A stretch of DNA of 64,000 nucleotides from a bacterium (GCA_030647355.1 JAUSIS010000009.1:512-64511); one strand, 5' to 3'. Counted from the first letter of the stretch, positions 8,446-17,961 are shown. The notes: a model not told the origin generated them from the letters alone. Made by a program: numbers and translations.

Positions 8446-10166
8446 TTCACACCTCCAGGAAGATCGGCGGCGGCGAGGAAGGCTCGAAAACGAGAATCGG
8501 TAAGCGGCTCATCGAACTGCCGTCTGCCAACTACCCGGAAGCCATGTTGGTCAGCCAGTTCGGAGAGATAATCCAGCCATTCTGGAGAAATCCCATCTGA
8601 GATGGAATATACTCCGTTTTTACGACCAGCCAATCCCAGCAGAAATGTTTCGGTCATACAGCCAAACAGCGTACCGGGACGGAAGCCGAAGTTGAATGTC
8701 TGGTCTAACACCTCGGGCGCTGCGACAATCCCACCATCTATAACCAAGAGGGACTGGCGCCTATCAACCTCTCTGGCAATGTCGCGCGGGCGAGCCAGGT
8801 CAATGATGATAGACCCGCGTTGGAAGTCTTCGCTTTCGATCTTCAGTCCACCAATTGCACTGGTGACTGTGACAAAAAGCTTAGAGCTTTTCAGCGCCTC
8901 ACTTAGCGTTACTACCCGAGCGTTGGTCAGTTGATACCGTCTTATGAACGGCTCTAGATCGGCCTGATGCTTGACCAGCAGCAGTTCCTTGACATGTGGC
9001 GCCAGGAGAATTGCTACCGACTTACCCACAGAACCGACTCCAACGATGGCAACTGATTCCCGGGAGAGATCATAACCGGCCTTCCCGACGATCGCCATGA
9101 ATGCTTCGACACCGCTGACGGATGTGTAGCCGTTGCCAGTAGTTATGGCGAGTCTGTCCTTGAACGTATCGCCGATAACCTTGCCGCCTTCACCGGCAAT
9201 CGAGGTATAGCCGCCGAGGCCAACAACCGCGCATCCCTGCATTTCCAGGTACCCAACGGCTTTGGTGATAACTGGTACTGTTTTGCAAGAGGGCCACTTT
9301 TTGAGCTCGCTGGCAGTGAGAGGCACTCCATGGAAGATCATCTCGATAACTTGTCCGGTTCGACTGCGGATAGTGATTCTACCCATTGAGTAGAAAACAA
9401 CCGGGATCGCTCGACGAAGGACATTGAAGACAAACCGAGCCGGCAGGTATTTCATGAACTTAAACTTCTGGGAGGCTTTCTCTTTGAAGAACTTCGGATC
9501 GTTTGTTGTGTTGACAACAAATCCCATCCGGAGAACACCAGGGCGAGGCGGTTTCTTTGCCCACTTCTTTTTTGTTAAGTCTTCCCAGATCGTTGGTTCC
9601 TTTCCTGCCCACAGTCGCTTGATGTTGGAGTGATGCTTGAGGATGATGAGCAAGGAAAAGATAGACAGCGGCACAGAAATCCAGTGGCTTGGCTCGAAGA
9701 GGAGAGAAAGCAGAGCCAGAGCAAGGGCAGCGATGATTGTGGCAAGTGACACATAGCCCCCTAGGATCAGGGCAACTAGCCAGATGCCAAAGACAATGAA
9801 GCCCAGAGCAGGGTTCACTCCAAAGACAACGCCAAGCGAGGTAGCGGCGGCTTTGCCGCCTTTGAACTTGAGGAATACCGAGCAGAAATGCCCGAGGATT
9901 GCCATGCCCCCAACTAAGATAATACCATCAGGAAGAGCATGACAAAGACGGTAGATAACAACCGGCAGAAGACCTTTCGTCACGTCGAGAAAGAAGGTCG
10001 CGATCCCCCAAGGTACCCAACCAATAACTCGACCGACATTGGTGGCGCCGATGTTTCCGCTTCCCATCTTCATGAGATTTACCCCTTTGGCCTTACAGAT
10101 CCAGACTCCAAAGGGAAGAGAACCGATGAAGTACGATACGATGCTGAACGCTATCAGCAGTTTCAT
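8442..10166 (-). CDS. plsY: glycerol-3-phosphate acyltransferase PlsY fused to C-terminal acyl-ACP reductase (AAR)-like NAD(P)-binding dehydrogenase domain
   Basis: N-terminal 200 aa: 5 TM helices and PlsY signature GSGNIGATN. C-terminal 370 aa: GLGGYTSIAGEG...ITTGNGYTS...AIVGVGSVGKS...IDGG...FGCMTETFLLGLAG aligns by eye to cyanobacterial AAR blocks including catalytic Cys. Confidence 0.7.
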   Translation of the reverse strand: MKLLIAFSIVSYFIGSLPFGVWICKAKGVNLMKMGSGNIGATNVGRVIGWVPWGIATFFLDVTKGLLPVVIYRLCHALPDGIILVGGMAILGHFCSVFLKFKGGKAAATSLGVVFGVNPALGFIVFGIWLVALILGGYVSLATIIAALALALLSLLFEPSHWISVPLSIFSLLIILKHHSNIKRLWAGKEPTIWEDLTKKKWAKKPPRPGVLRMGFVVNTTNDPKFFKEKASQKFKFMKYLPARFVFNVLRRAIPVVFYSMGRITIRSRTGQVIEMIFHGVPLTASELKKWPSCKTVPVITKAVGYLEMQGCAVVGLGGYTSIAGEGGKVIGDTFKDRLAITTGNGYTSVSGVEAFMAIVGKAGYDLSRESVAIVGVGSVGKSVAILLAPHVKELLLVKHQADLEPFIRRYQLTNARVVTLSEALKSSKLFVTVTSAIGGLKIESEDFQRGSIIIDLARPRDIAREVDRRQSLLVIDGGIVAAPEVLDQTFNFGFRPGTLFGCMTETFLLGLAGRKNGVYSISDGISPEWLDYLSELADQHGFRVVGRRQFDEPLTDSRFRAFLAAADLPGGVK

Positions 10167-10246
10167 TTTGTGCCCCTCCTTAAGGTGCTAGTTTGATATA
10201 AATATGTTAAGGTAATGTCTACCTGTAATGCTGACATTATATCTTC

Positions 10247-10300
10247 TCGTCTCAAAAAGAGCAACCCTCACTAAGGTGCCAAGCGAGGGTTGCTCTTTTT
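10247..10300 (-). terminator. terminator (bidirectional-looking) after PRTase gene
   Basis: AGAGCAACCCTC...GAGGGTTGCTCT 12-bp stem flanked by A-run and T-run. Confidence 0.6.
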
Positions 10301-10306
10301 ATTTAA

Positions 10307-10957
10307 TTATGAAAGCTCTTGGGCGTTTTTTGATAGGAGTTCAACGACTTCATCATCTGTTACCTGAGGAAAGTTTTCATAGTAACCACCGATTGCTCCA
10401 AGAAAAAATTCTGGATTAGTAGCCACTACCAGATCGTCTACTTTGTTGTTTATTTGGGTGGCGACATCAGGTGGTGCAACAGGTACGGCAACGACGACTT
10501 TCTTGGGATTTCTTTTTTTGATTTCATGAATGGCAGCCAGCATAGTAAGACCGGTGGCAATCCCATCGTCAATAATGATGGCAATTTTATTCTTGACATC
10601 AACAGATTCGTGTCCATTAAGATACACCACTCGCCTTCTTTTAGCTTCTTCTCTTTGTTTTTCTATTTCCTCCACAAGCCAGGTTTGGTCAAGGGATGCT
10701 AATGTTGCCTTGTCGCCAACCAAAAAGCCATCTTCCGTAATTGCCCCGACAGCATATTCAGGATTAAGCGGGTGACCTATTTTACGTGTAATCACAATAT
10801 CGAGCGGGCAATGAAACAATTGAGCTACTTCGGAGGCAACAACAACTCCTCCCCGAGGCAAACCATAAATAACAGCCGGTTTACTATAATATGTTTTTAG
10901 TTTGGCTGCTAACTTGCGTCCCGCATCATTTCTATCGAGAAAATATGTATCATCCAT
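10307..10957 (-). CDS. type I phosphoribosyltransferase family protein (COG1926-like)
   Basis: PRPP-binding loop IAIIIDDGIATGLTM; about 215 aa. Confidence 0.75.
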   Translation of the reverse strand: MDDTYFLDRNDAGRKLAAKLKTYYSKPAVIYGLPRGGVVVASEVAQLFHCPLDIVITRKIGHPLNPEYAVGAITEDGFLVGDKATLASLDQTWLVEEIEKQREEAKRRRVVYLNGHESVDVKNKIAIIIDDGIATGLTMLAAIHEIKKRNPKKVVVAVPVAPPDVATQINNKVDDLVVATNPEFFLGAIGGYYENFPQVTDDEVVELLSKNAQELS

Positions 10958-11236
10958 TTGAACCTTCTTTTATGGTTCCATTAAAACATCTGTTCGATAG
11001 TCATTCTTTGGGAAAAATCACTAGGGAGAAAAGTGGGCATTTGCTTTATTAGAATAATTATATGATTTGCCTAATGTTTTGCAATAGATTTGTTAAAATG
11101 AGTGTTCTAGTAAAATACTCCTCGATTTAGTGGAAAACGGGTGGCGATTACCCAATTGTTTCTTTTGTTGTTTTGCACAATGACTTTAGCTTCCAAGAAG
11201 TTGATAATAGCTTTGAATTAAAAGAAAGGAAAACAT

Positions 11237-11398
11237 ATGTGGGGACAATGGGTCATCATCATAGCCGGTATCTGGGTAATCATCTCAGGTTATTTGTTCG
11301 AAGGCGCCGCCCTGATCGCTAACCTGTGGATTACCGGGATAATCATTATCGCCCTGGGTATTTGGGGCGCTTCAATGGCATCAAAAATGATGAAATAG
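11237..11398 (+). CDS. small two-TM membrane protein (53 aa), not in the ORF track
   Basis: MWGQWVIIIAGIWVIISGYLFEGAALIANLWITGIIIIALGIWGASMASKMMK; AAAGGAAA SD 7 nt upstream; terminator immediately downstream. Confidence 0.4.
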   Translation: MWGQWVIIIAGIWVIISGYLFEGAALIANLWITGIIIIALGIWGASMASKMMK

Positions 11399-11420
11399 TT
11401 TAAAGTGGAAAATTAAAATA

Positions 11421-11470
11421 GCCGCCAGTTGGAATCAAACCCTCATTGTAAGGTTTCTGGCGGTTTTTTT
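11421..11470 (+). terminator. rho-independent terminator, probably bidirectional (small ORF and mazG-like)
   Basis: GCCGCCAG...CTGGCGG stem followed by TTTTTTT. Confidence 0.6.
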
Positions 11471-11795
11471 ATTTAGTTAGTTCAGCAGAAACTCTGTTTT
11501 CCAATTTTCCCATAGTATCTAAAAAACTTTTTTCAAGATCAATATTATAATTGTTGGCAAGAACAAATAAGCAATACAGGCAATCAGAAAGCTCGTGGGC
11601 AAGTTCCTCGTCACTATTTGGCTCTGTCCGCCTGCCCTCTTTGGCCATGATTAGCTTTCCAAGATCGCCGATATCGCCGACTAGGCCTTGATAAATCTCC
11701 TGATTGGACCATTTTGATCCGAATCTTTTTTCTTGTAGTTCGATGTATTTTTGTCTGACTTGCATCGCGCGATAGGTCGCTTCTTTAATTGTCAT
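11469..11795 (-). CDS. MazG-like nucleotide pyrophosphohydrolase (small single-domain form)
   Basis: 108 aa; EExxE-type motif ELAHELSDCLYCLFVLANNYNIDLE typical of MazG/YpjD family. Confidence 0.65.
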   Translation of the reverse strand: MTIKEATYRAMQVRQKYIELQEKRFGSKWSNQEIYQGLVGDIGDLGKLIMAKEGRRTEPNSDEELAHELSDCLYCLFVLANNYNIDLEKSFLDTMGKLENRVSAELTK

Positions 11796-12004
11796 ATATC
11801 TCCTAATAGTTCAATTCTACTACTTAGGTAGAAATTTGCAACGAACAGGTTTGACACATGTTTTTGTTTATAATAGTATGAGCTTGCCTTTAATAAGGTC
11901 ATTTGGATGTTTTTTATCCGCTCGTTCTTTGATAATTCATTGGAAAAGGAGGCAAAGTAAAGCCAAAAATCATTTTGTCCGAACGAATCTAAAGGAGAAG
12001 CGAT

Positions 12005-14863
12005 TTGACAATCAAGGCAAAACCAGAAAAGACGGGAACGAAAAAGGTAAAGCGCCGTAGGATAACGACTATCTACGTGCGCACCAACAGCGATCCCGAG
12101 GCGATTAGTCTGTTGAAAGACCTTAAGAGCCAAGGATATTTGCTGGACGACTTGAGAATTGAGCATGTCTACCGCGTAGAGGGCACGGCGCAGGCGAGCG
12201 ATCTGCTCCCGATGTTTGCCAATCCCCTGTACCAGATGTTCGATCGCAAGACGATGCTCACCGACAATGAAGGGCCGATCGTCGAGATTGGCTATCAGCG
12301 GGCAGTAACCGATCCGGAGAAGCATAGCGCTCTCGATGGCGCGAAGGCTCTTGGGATCGAAGGTGTTGATTGGGTGCGTTTGAGTAAACGCTATCAGTTC
12401 ATCGGCGCAACACCAGCGGAAGCAGAGCGTATCGCCAGAGAGCAGCTCTACAACCCAATCATCCAGGCAGTCATTGATCCTGCCAAGCCGTGGGAGTCAC
12501 TGAAGCCAAGCGGGAAGCCCGATCCGATCAGGCGTATCAGCTTGAAGGGTATGACAGGCAAACGACTCATCAAGCTGAGCGAAGACAACTCCTGGTATGC
12601 GCCGTTGTCGCAGTTGAAAGCATTGCAGGCCTACGAACACAAGATCGGCCGGCCACTGACTGACGCAGAGATTGAAATCACAGTACAATCGTGGTCCGAT
12701 CACTGCTATCACACGACTTGGCGCGGCTTGGGCCTGCTAGAGAAACTGCAGGCGGCGACAGCGCGGATCAACCATCCGCTGGTCGTATCGGTATTCCATG
12801 ACAATGCCGGAGCTATGCGACTTGGACCGAATGGGGATCAAGTAGTACTCATTAAAGGCGAGACGCACAACTTCCCGTCGGCTATTGCTACTTTCGGCGG
12901 AGTCGCTACCAAGCACGGCGGAGTCATTCGTGACGCGATCGGTTTCGGTCGGGGCGGTTATCCGATCGGCGGCTCGACAATCATGGGCACGATGGATCCG
13001 CGCACAGCGATGGCGGATGTGCCGAAAGGCGCTCTCCATCCACGCAAGATCCTTGTTGAGTCCATTCAGGCAACAGGTTATTACTGCAACCCGATGGGCA
13101 TTCCCATGATGAAGCCGGCATACTATATACATCCCGGATTTCCCAAGTGTTTGGCGCTCGGTCACACGCTAGGGATAATCCCGTATATGTATGCGCTGAA
13201 GGAGGATCCCAAGCCCGGCGACAAGGTAGTGCTGTTCGGAGGCCTGACGGGACGGGACGGAGTGCATGGCGCAACTGCCAGTTCGGCAGCCATGACTTCC
13301 GAAACTCTCACCAAGGACAAGGCGGCGGTGCAAATCGGATTGCCAATCATCGAGCGTAAGTTCATGACGGCAGTTCCCGAATGGCGCGACCGTAGTTGCC
13401 TAAGGTCAATCACTGATCTGGGAGCCGGCGGTATCTCGTGTGCCGTCGGCGAGCTCGGGAAGCGAGGGGTCAAGATCCATTCGGATCGTGTGCCCCTCAA
13501 AGACAGTAGCTTGTCTCCCTGGGAGATCCTGCTATCAGAATCCCAGGAGAGAATGCTGGCGGCTGTGCCGCCCGAGAAGATAGATGAATTCATCGAGATC
13601 GCGGAGAAGTACGATATTCAGTACACGATCCTCGGCGAATTCAACGACAGTGGGAAGTATTCCGTCTTCCATGGTGACGAGCAGTTCGTTGATTTGGACA
13701 TGAACTTCCTCTGGAAGCAATGTCCAATTGACAATGTCATCGTGGAGCCGGCAATACGACCGTATGTCGAATTGAATATTGACGAGCCGACGACTGCAGA
13801 CGAGTGGCGAGCAGCGGCAATTGAGCTGCTTCGACACTGGCATTGCTGCGATCAATCGGCGGCCGGTACTCAATTCGATTCGACAGTCCAGGGGCAAACG
13901 GTTGTCGGACCGTACGGGGGAGCGCATGGAGACATGCCAACCGGAGCGACGGTGCTGGCACCGCTCGAGGATGCATTCGACGGAGTAGCGTTCTCCATTG
14001 CCTATCACCCGTATTACGGAGATCTCGATCCGGCCGGAATGGCGAGATTGGCCGTAATAGAAGCCATCGCCAAGCTGATATCGGCCGGAGTTCCTTTAAG
14101 CCAAATTGGACTTTGCGATAACTTCTACGCTCCCAAGATTCGACCGGATGTTGCGGCTGATCTAGTTGGAGTAGTGGATGTAATCTGCGAAGCTTCCGAG
14201 GTCTTTGGGACACCGTTCATCTCCGGTAAGGACTCGAGCTCGGGGACATTCAAAGCCGATGACGGAACCCTGATTGACGTGCCCTTCAGTCTGGTAGTTG
14301 CCGGCATGGGAATTCTGCCGGATGTGCGAAAGACGGTCACATCGGAGTTCAAGGAAGCAGGCAACCAGCTTATCTATGTGGGAGCGTGCTGGCCGAACAA
14401 GAGATTTCTCGGTGCATCTACTTATGCTGTCATGGAAGATAAGAAAGGCGGTCGGCTGCCGAGAGATGGGACCTTATCCGAGCACAAGACGACATTCGAG
14501 GCGATTCATGAGCTGATGGAGAGAGGTCTTGTCCGTTCTGCTTCCGCCATGACAAGCGGCGGCATCTGGGCAAGTATCTTCAAGTCATGCTTGGGATCGG
14601 ATCTCGGTGCTGAGCTGACTCTCAACCAGATCAGCGATCAGTTGTCAGCTCCTTTGTTCGGAGAAGCGCCAGGCGGTTTCATTCTGGAATTCGATCAGAA
14701 GACCGACGCTAAAGTACTAATGGGCTTAGACTGGTGTGAGATAGGCACAGTTACCCAAGATCCAGTCGTTCGAGTACTCTGGCGGGGTGAAGAGAAGTTC
14801 CAGGCGACAGTTGAAGAGCTGGCGAAAGAATGGCGCCAGCCGTTTGCGGAGGTGATCGGATGA
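12005..14863 (+). CDS. purL: phosphoribosylformylglycinamidine synthase PurS-PurL fusion (FGAM synthase II with N-terminal PurS-like repeats)
   Basis: 952 aa; TTG start with AAGGAG SD; two PurS-like segments in first 200 aa, then PurL motifs SDHCYH, GETHNFPSAIATFGG; high GC. Confidence 0.85.
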   Translation: MTIKAKPEKTGTKKVKRRRITTIYVRTNSDPEAISLLKDLKSQGYLLDDLRIEHVYRVEGTAQASDLLPMFANPLYQMFDRKTMLTDNEGPIVEIGYQRAVTDPEKHSALDGAKALGIEGVDWVRLSKRYQFIGATPAEAERIAREQLYNPIIQAVIDPAKPWESLKPSGKPDPIRRISLKGMTGKRLIKLSEDNSWYAPLSQLKALQAYEHKIGRPLTDAEIEITVQSWSDHCYHTTWRGLGLLEKLQAATARINHPLVVSVFHDNAGAMRLGPNGDQVVLIKGETHNFPSAIATFGGVATKHGGVIRDAIGFGRGGYPIGGSTIMGTMDPRTAMADVPKGALHPRKILVESIQATGYYCNPMGIPMMKPAYYIHPGFPKCLALGHTLGIIPYMYALKEDPKPGDKVVLFGGLTGRDGVHGATASSAAMTSETLTKDKAAVQIGLPIIERKFMTAVPEWRDRSCLRSITDLGAGGISCAVGELGKRGVKIHSDRVPLKDSSLSPWEILLSESQERMLAAVPPEKIDEFIEIAEKYDIQYTILGEFNDSGKYSVFHGDEQFVDLDMNFLWKQCPIDNVIVEPAIRPYVELNIDEPTTADEWRAAAIELLRHWHCCDQSAAGTQFDSTVQGQTVVGPYGGAHGDMPTGATVLAPLEDAFDGVAFSIAYHPYYGDLDPAGMARLAVIEAIAKLISAGVPLSQIGLCDNFYAPKIRPDVAADLVGVVDVICEASEVFGTPFISGKDSSSGTFKADDGTLIDVPFSLVVAGMGILPDVRKTVTSEFKEAGNQLIYVGACWPNKRFLGASTYAVMEDKKGGRLPRDGTLSEHKTTFEAIHELMERGLVRSASAMTSGGIWASIFKSCLGSDLGAELTLNQISDQLSAPLFGEAPGGFILEFDQKTDAKVLMGLDWCEIGTVTQDPVVRVLWRGEEKFQATVEELAKEWRQPFAEVIG

Positions 14864-15609
14864 GAAACCTCATCAAGAAAGTGGCGATCCTCTGCGGACC
14901 CGGCACCAATTGCCACGCCGAGACGGCGCGGGCCCTCCGGCTGGTCGGTCTGGATAGCGCGATCGTACAGATCAGCGAGATCCTGAACGGTCAGGTCAGA
15001 CTGAACGACTACTGGGCACTCGTCATTCCCGGCGGATTTTCCTGGGGAGACCACTTCGGATCGGGGCGGATATTTGCCCTTTTCCTGAGACGATTCCAGG
15101 ACGATCTCCGCCAGATGGTCGAGGGTGATTCGCCTATCCTGGGGATATGCAACGGTTTCCAGGTGTTGACGGAAACAGGATTACTGCCCGATCTGACAAT
15201 CGGTGAGCCAAAAGTGGCACTTGTGACCAACGCATTGGCTCGGTTTGAGAGCCGATCGGTTGATCTGTGGGTTCCCGAAACCAAGAGTTTCTGGACCAAG
15301 GGTCTTGGCGGTTCAGTTCTCCGCCGGTTGCCGGTAGCCCACGGCGAAGGAAACCCATTCATCCCAACCGGGACGGATATATTGCCCGGAGTATTCTACG
15401 CCAAGGATGGCAAACCGACCACCGAGTATCCTTTCTGCCCCAATGGTTCCCCGGGCGGTATAGCGGGACTCATTGATAGCAAGAAGAAGCTGGTGTTCGG
15501 CCTGATGCCGCATCCCGAGCGGGCATGCCGCCAAGGCGTTCATCCTTCAAGCGACGGATTGAAGATCTTCCAGAATCTGGCGGATTACCTGAACAGTCGT
15601 CCTCTGTAG
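14860..15609 (+). CDS. purQ: phosphoribosylformylglycinamidine synthase glutaminase subunit
   Basis: ATGA overlap with purL; class I glutamine amidotransferase GICNGFQ catalytic Cys and HPE motif MPHPERA. Confidence 0.85.
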   Translation: MRNLIKKVAILCGPGTNCHAETARALRLVGLDSAIVQISEILNGQVRLNDYWALVIPGGFSWGDHFGSGRIFALFLRRFQDDLRQMVEGDSPILGICNGFQVLTETGLLPDLTIGEPKVALVTNALARFESRSVDLWVPETKSFWTKGLGGSVLRRLPVAHGEGNPFIPTGTDILPGVFYAKDGKPTTEYPFCPNGSPGGIAGLIDSKKKLVFGLMPHPERACRQGVHPSSDGLKIFQNLADYLNSRPL

Positions 15610-15621
15610 GAGACTCACTGA

Positions 15622-15650
15622 CCGGACAACGATCTGTTGTCCGGTTTTTT
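15622..15650 (+). terminator. rho-independent terminator after purQ
   Basis: CCGGACAAC gatct GTTGTCCGG followed by TTTTTT. Confidence 0.75.
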
Positions 15651-15683
15651 CATTATCTAGAGAAATTTGTTTTTATATAATCC

Positions 15684-16004
15684 TCATTTATATTGTTTTT
15701 CAAGTTTTCTAAGAGCTTTGTCAAGATCCTTTGTTAGGAGTTCAATGTGCTGCTTGGCGACACTTAGGATTTTCCGGTTCTTCTTTTGATGCAGATATTT
15801 CAGGTGAAATTGAATCTCATCCTCCCTTTCTCGCATAGTATGCAACGAGCTGAGCCAAGTTTGATCGGCAGCTAGCCCTAACTTTTCAACTCGACCCTTC
15901 AACTGCTCCACATCATAAGCGTCTCTTTCGAGCTTTGCTCTCATTTTCTTGATATATATTTCACGATCTTTCATGTTACCTCCGTAACTGGTTAATAAAG
16001 TCAT
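15684..16004 (-). CDS. coiled-coil hypothetical protein
   Basis: Lys/Glu-rich heptad-like sequence; no recognizable domain. Confidence 0.4.
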   Translation of the reverse strand: MTLLTSYGGNMKDREIYIKKMRAKLERDAYDVEQLKGRVEKLGLAADQTWLSSLHTMREREDEIQFHLKYLHQKKNRKILSVAKQHIELLTKDLDKALRKLEKQYK

Positions 16005-16096
16005 TTTAAATATTTGGGCAAGTAAAGTCTATGGAGAGCACGCCAATTATGAATTTTCATAATTAAACGCTGAACTATTGAGTATACAATTAGGGC

Positions 16097-16450
16097 ATGA
16101 TAACTACTAAATCAATTTATAAACCCCCGAATTCGCATGACGGTTATCGTATTCTGGTTGAACGGTATTGGCCGGAAGGAGTAGTTGACGAAGAATCGGC
16201 GATCGATTTTTGGCTGCAGGAGATAGCACCAAGCGATGATTTAAAAAAGTTATATTCTGGGGATTTAAAAAAATGGTCTGAGTTTAAAGCTAAATACTTT
16301 GAGGAATTAGAAGATAAGAAAAGTGCAATCATGATAATAGTCAACCGAGCAAGGGAGGGTGATGTAACATTGCTACAGGCTTCAGGACGAGACATATATA
16401 CACCTGGAGAAGCTATCCGGGAATTTATTTATCGAAACTATAACTTATAA
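16097..16450 (+). CDS. DUF488 family protein (YeaO-like)
   Basis: ILVERYWPEGV...DFWLQEIAPSDDLKKLYSGDLKKWSEFKAKY matches DUF488 pattern. Confidence 0.65.
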   Translation: MITTKSIYKPPNSHDGYRILVERYWPEGVVDEESAIDFWLQEIAPSDDLKKLYSGDLKKWSEFKAKYFEELEDKKSAIMIIVNRAREGDVTLLQASGRDIYTPGEAIREFIYRNYNL

Positions 16451-16519
16451 CCCACTATCCGGGGCTTTTATGTAAATTACTTGACAAGTGGACAGCTCTA
16501 TGCTTTAATGAGTTAAAGC

Positions 16520-16834
16520 ATGAAAGCGATTATGGACAGAAGTATTGAAAAACAATTTATCACCAGAGACGCGATGCAATTCTATCAAGCGATTTATCGT
16601 CTTGGAGACGAGATAGAGGTTGCTATGTTTTTGCGCGATGTTATGACGCTAGAGGAACTAGAGGAAGTAATTCGCCGGTTTAAGGTAGCGAAGATGCTTT
16701 CTGAAGGTAAAACATTTAGAAATATTGCCAAAGAGACAGGAGTATCTTCGGCTACGGTTGCTCGGGTTAATAGTTGGTTAAATCATGGAACTGGGGGATA
16801 TGGAATTGCATTGAAGGATGTCTCGATTAGTTAG
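16520..16834 (+). CDS. TrpR/YerC-YecD-like DNA-binding protein
   Basis: 104 aa; C-terminal HTH NIAKETGVSSATVARVNSWL typical of Trp-repressor-like family; leaderless-like promoter TTGACA-17-TTTAAT at 16481-16509. Confidence 0.6.
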   Translation: MKAIMDRSIEKQFITRDAMQFYQAIYRLGDEIEVAMFLRDVMTLEELEEVIRRFKVAKMLSEGKTFRNIAKETGVSSATVARVNSWLNHGTGGYGIALKDVSIS

Positions 16835-16863
16835 ATACCTTTCAAAAGCACTTCTATATTTCC

Positions 16864-16892
16864 AAAAATCCGCTCTAAAGGCGGATTTTTGG
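16864..16892 (+). terminator. terminator hairpin after trpR-like gene
   Basis: AAATCCGC tctaaag GCGGATTT followed by TTGG; A-run upstream (bidirectional-looking). Confidence 0.5.
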
Positions 16893-16915
16893 TATCAACA
16901 CAAAGGAGAGACGGA

Positions 16916-17287
16916 ATGGATTACTCAAAGCTGAAAGCGGGTAAGGAGAAAGTCATCATGGCGGTGGTACAGGATGCTATGACAAAGAAAGTATTGATGG
17001 TGGGGGTGATGAACAAGGATGCGCTGGATAAGACATGTCGGACCGGAATGGCAACTTTCTGGTCAAGATCACGAAAAAAGCTATGGACCAAAGGAGAGAC
17101 AAGCGGGAACTACCTACGAGTGGAAAGGATTCAATTCGATTGCGATCAAGATTCCTTGCTGCTTTCGGTCAATCCAACTGGACCGATCATCTGTCATATG
17201 GGTGCAGAAAGTTGTTTTGAGCAGGTTAATGGGACTTTGAATATTATGTGGATTCGCGGTATGGAGCAAAATTTGTCCGACACTTGA
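16916..17287 (+). CDS. hisI: phosphoribosyl-AMP cyclohydrolase
   Basis: [18 protein letters not shown] and CDQDSLLL...GPICHMG...SCF motifs; AAAGGAG SD before ATG 16916. Confidence 0.8.
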   Translation: MDYSKLKAGKEKVIMAVVQDAMTKKVLMVGVMNKDALDKTCRTGMATFWSRSRKKLWTKGETSGNYLRVERIQFDCDQDSLLLSVNPTGPIICHMGAESCFEQVNGTLNIMWIRGMEQNLSDT

Positions 17288-17295
17288 ACTAATTG

Positions 17296-17317
17296 GGAGC
17301 TTCGGCTCCTTTTTTTC
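17296..17317 (+). terminator. rho-independent terminator after hisI
   Basis: GGAGC ttcg GCTCC followed by TTTTTTT. Confidence 0.75.
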
Positions 17318-17379
17318 TTGCAAAATACTGATTGAATGATAGAATTTAACCACAAACCAATCCGAGAGGGAGTGATTCA

Positions 17380-17961
17380 TTGTTAAGGGAATACAAATAC
17401 CTACTGCCCACAGAGGAAGCAGATGTTCTTACGGGCTTGATACTACTCGATGTGCTGCGGCGGATACCAGCCAAGCGCATCACAGTTGACGAACAACATA
17501 CTCGGGTCATGGATATCGCCCATGCGATTGAGAACTTGAGTGCCTTCAAGAAGCCAACTTCAAAGATGAAGCTCAAGGCAGTCCAGGGTGTTGCCAGCAG
17601 GGCGATTCGCCAGATTAGCGAGGCAGCAGGACGTCTGGCGAAGGAGACCACTGGCGACAAGTGGGAACGGGAGACTGCTTTCACTGAATATCGAGTGCAA
17701 CTTCGGGCGGCGCTGGTTTCACGGTTGATTCTGATTCGGACACACGATGGCATGGAACAATGGCGACTGGCGAGGGAGGCAGCGATCAAGATTGCGTTGA
17801 AGAAGGCCGGTGTTGCTGCGGCGTATGTGGTCGGAGCGGCTGCTGTTCTGATTGTAGCCAATGCGTTTCGAGGCGAAGACCTCGAGAAAGCGCATGCGAG
17901 AGGTGTCCGCAAGAGAGATGCGATCGAGCATGCCCGTCTTGACGCCCAGAATAAGAAGTGA
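17380..17961 (+). CDS. hypothetical protein with C-terminal hydrophobic helix (high GC)
   Basis: TTG start with GAGGGAG SD; the overlapping antisense ORF 17346..17972 has Ala/Arg/Ser-biased composition typical of an artefact. Confidence 0.45.
   Translation: MLREYKYLLPTEEADVLTGLILLDVLRRIPAKRITVDEQHTRVMDIAHAIENLSAFKKPTSKMKLKAVQGVASRAIRQISEAAGRLAKETTGDKWERETAFTEYRVQLRAALVSRLILIRTHDGMEQWRLAREAAIKIALKKAGVAAAYVVGAAAVLIVANAFRGEDLEKAHARGVRKRDAIEHARLDAQNKK

Noticed and set aside
11796-12004. Purine or ZTP riboswitch in the 200-nt purL leader
   Set aside because: No G-box/xpt-like conserved loops (UAUA...GGGA...UACC) nor ZTP pfl motif (GGGUCGUGAC...CCGGGCGGA) could be found. Only a weak TTGACA-17-TAGTAT promoter candidate is present.
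11792-12325. 177-aa minus-strand ORF overlapping the purL start
   Set aside because: Overlaps the well-supported purS-purL N-terminus on the opposite strand. No SD or conserved features.
12497-14364. Multiple antisense ORFs (12497-12712, 12737-13165, 12981-13274, 13162-13593, 13535-14008, 13737-14213, 14125-14364, minus strand) inside purL
   Set aside because: Arg/Ser/Ala/Pro-biased composition typical of the antisense strand of high-GC genes. purL on the plus strand has full-length conserved motifs.
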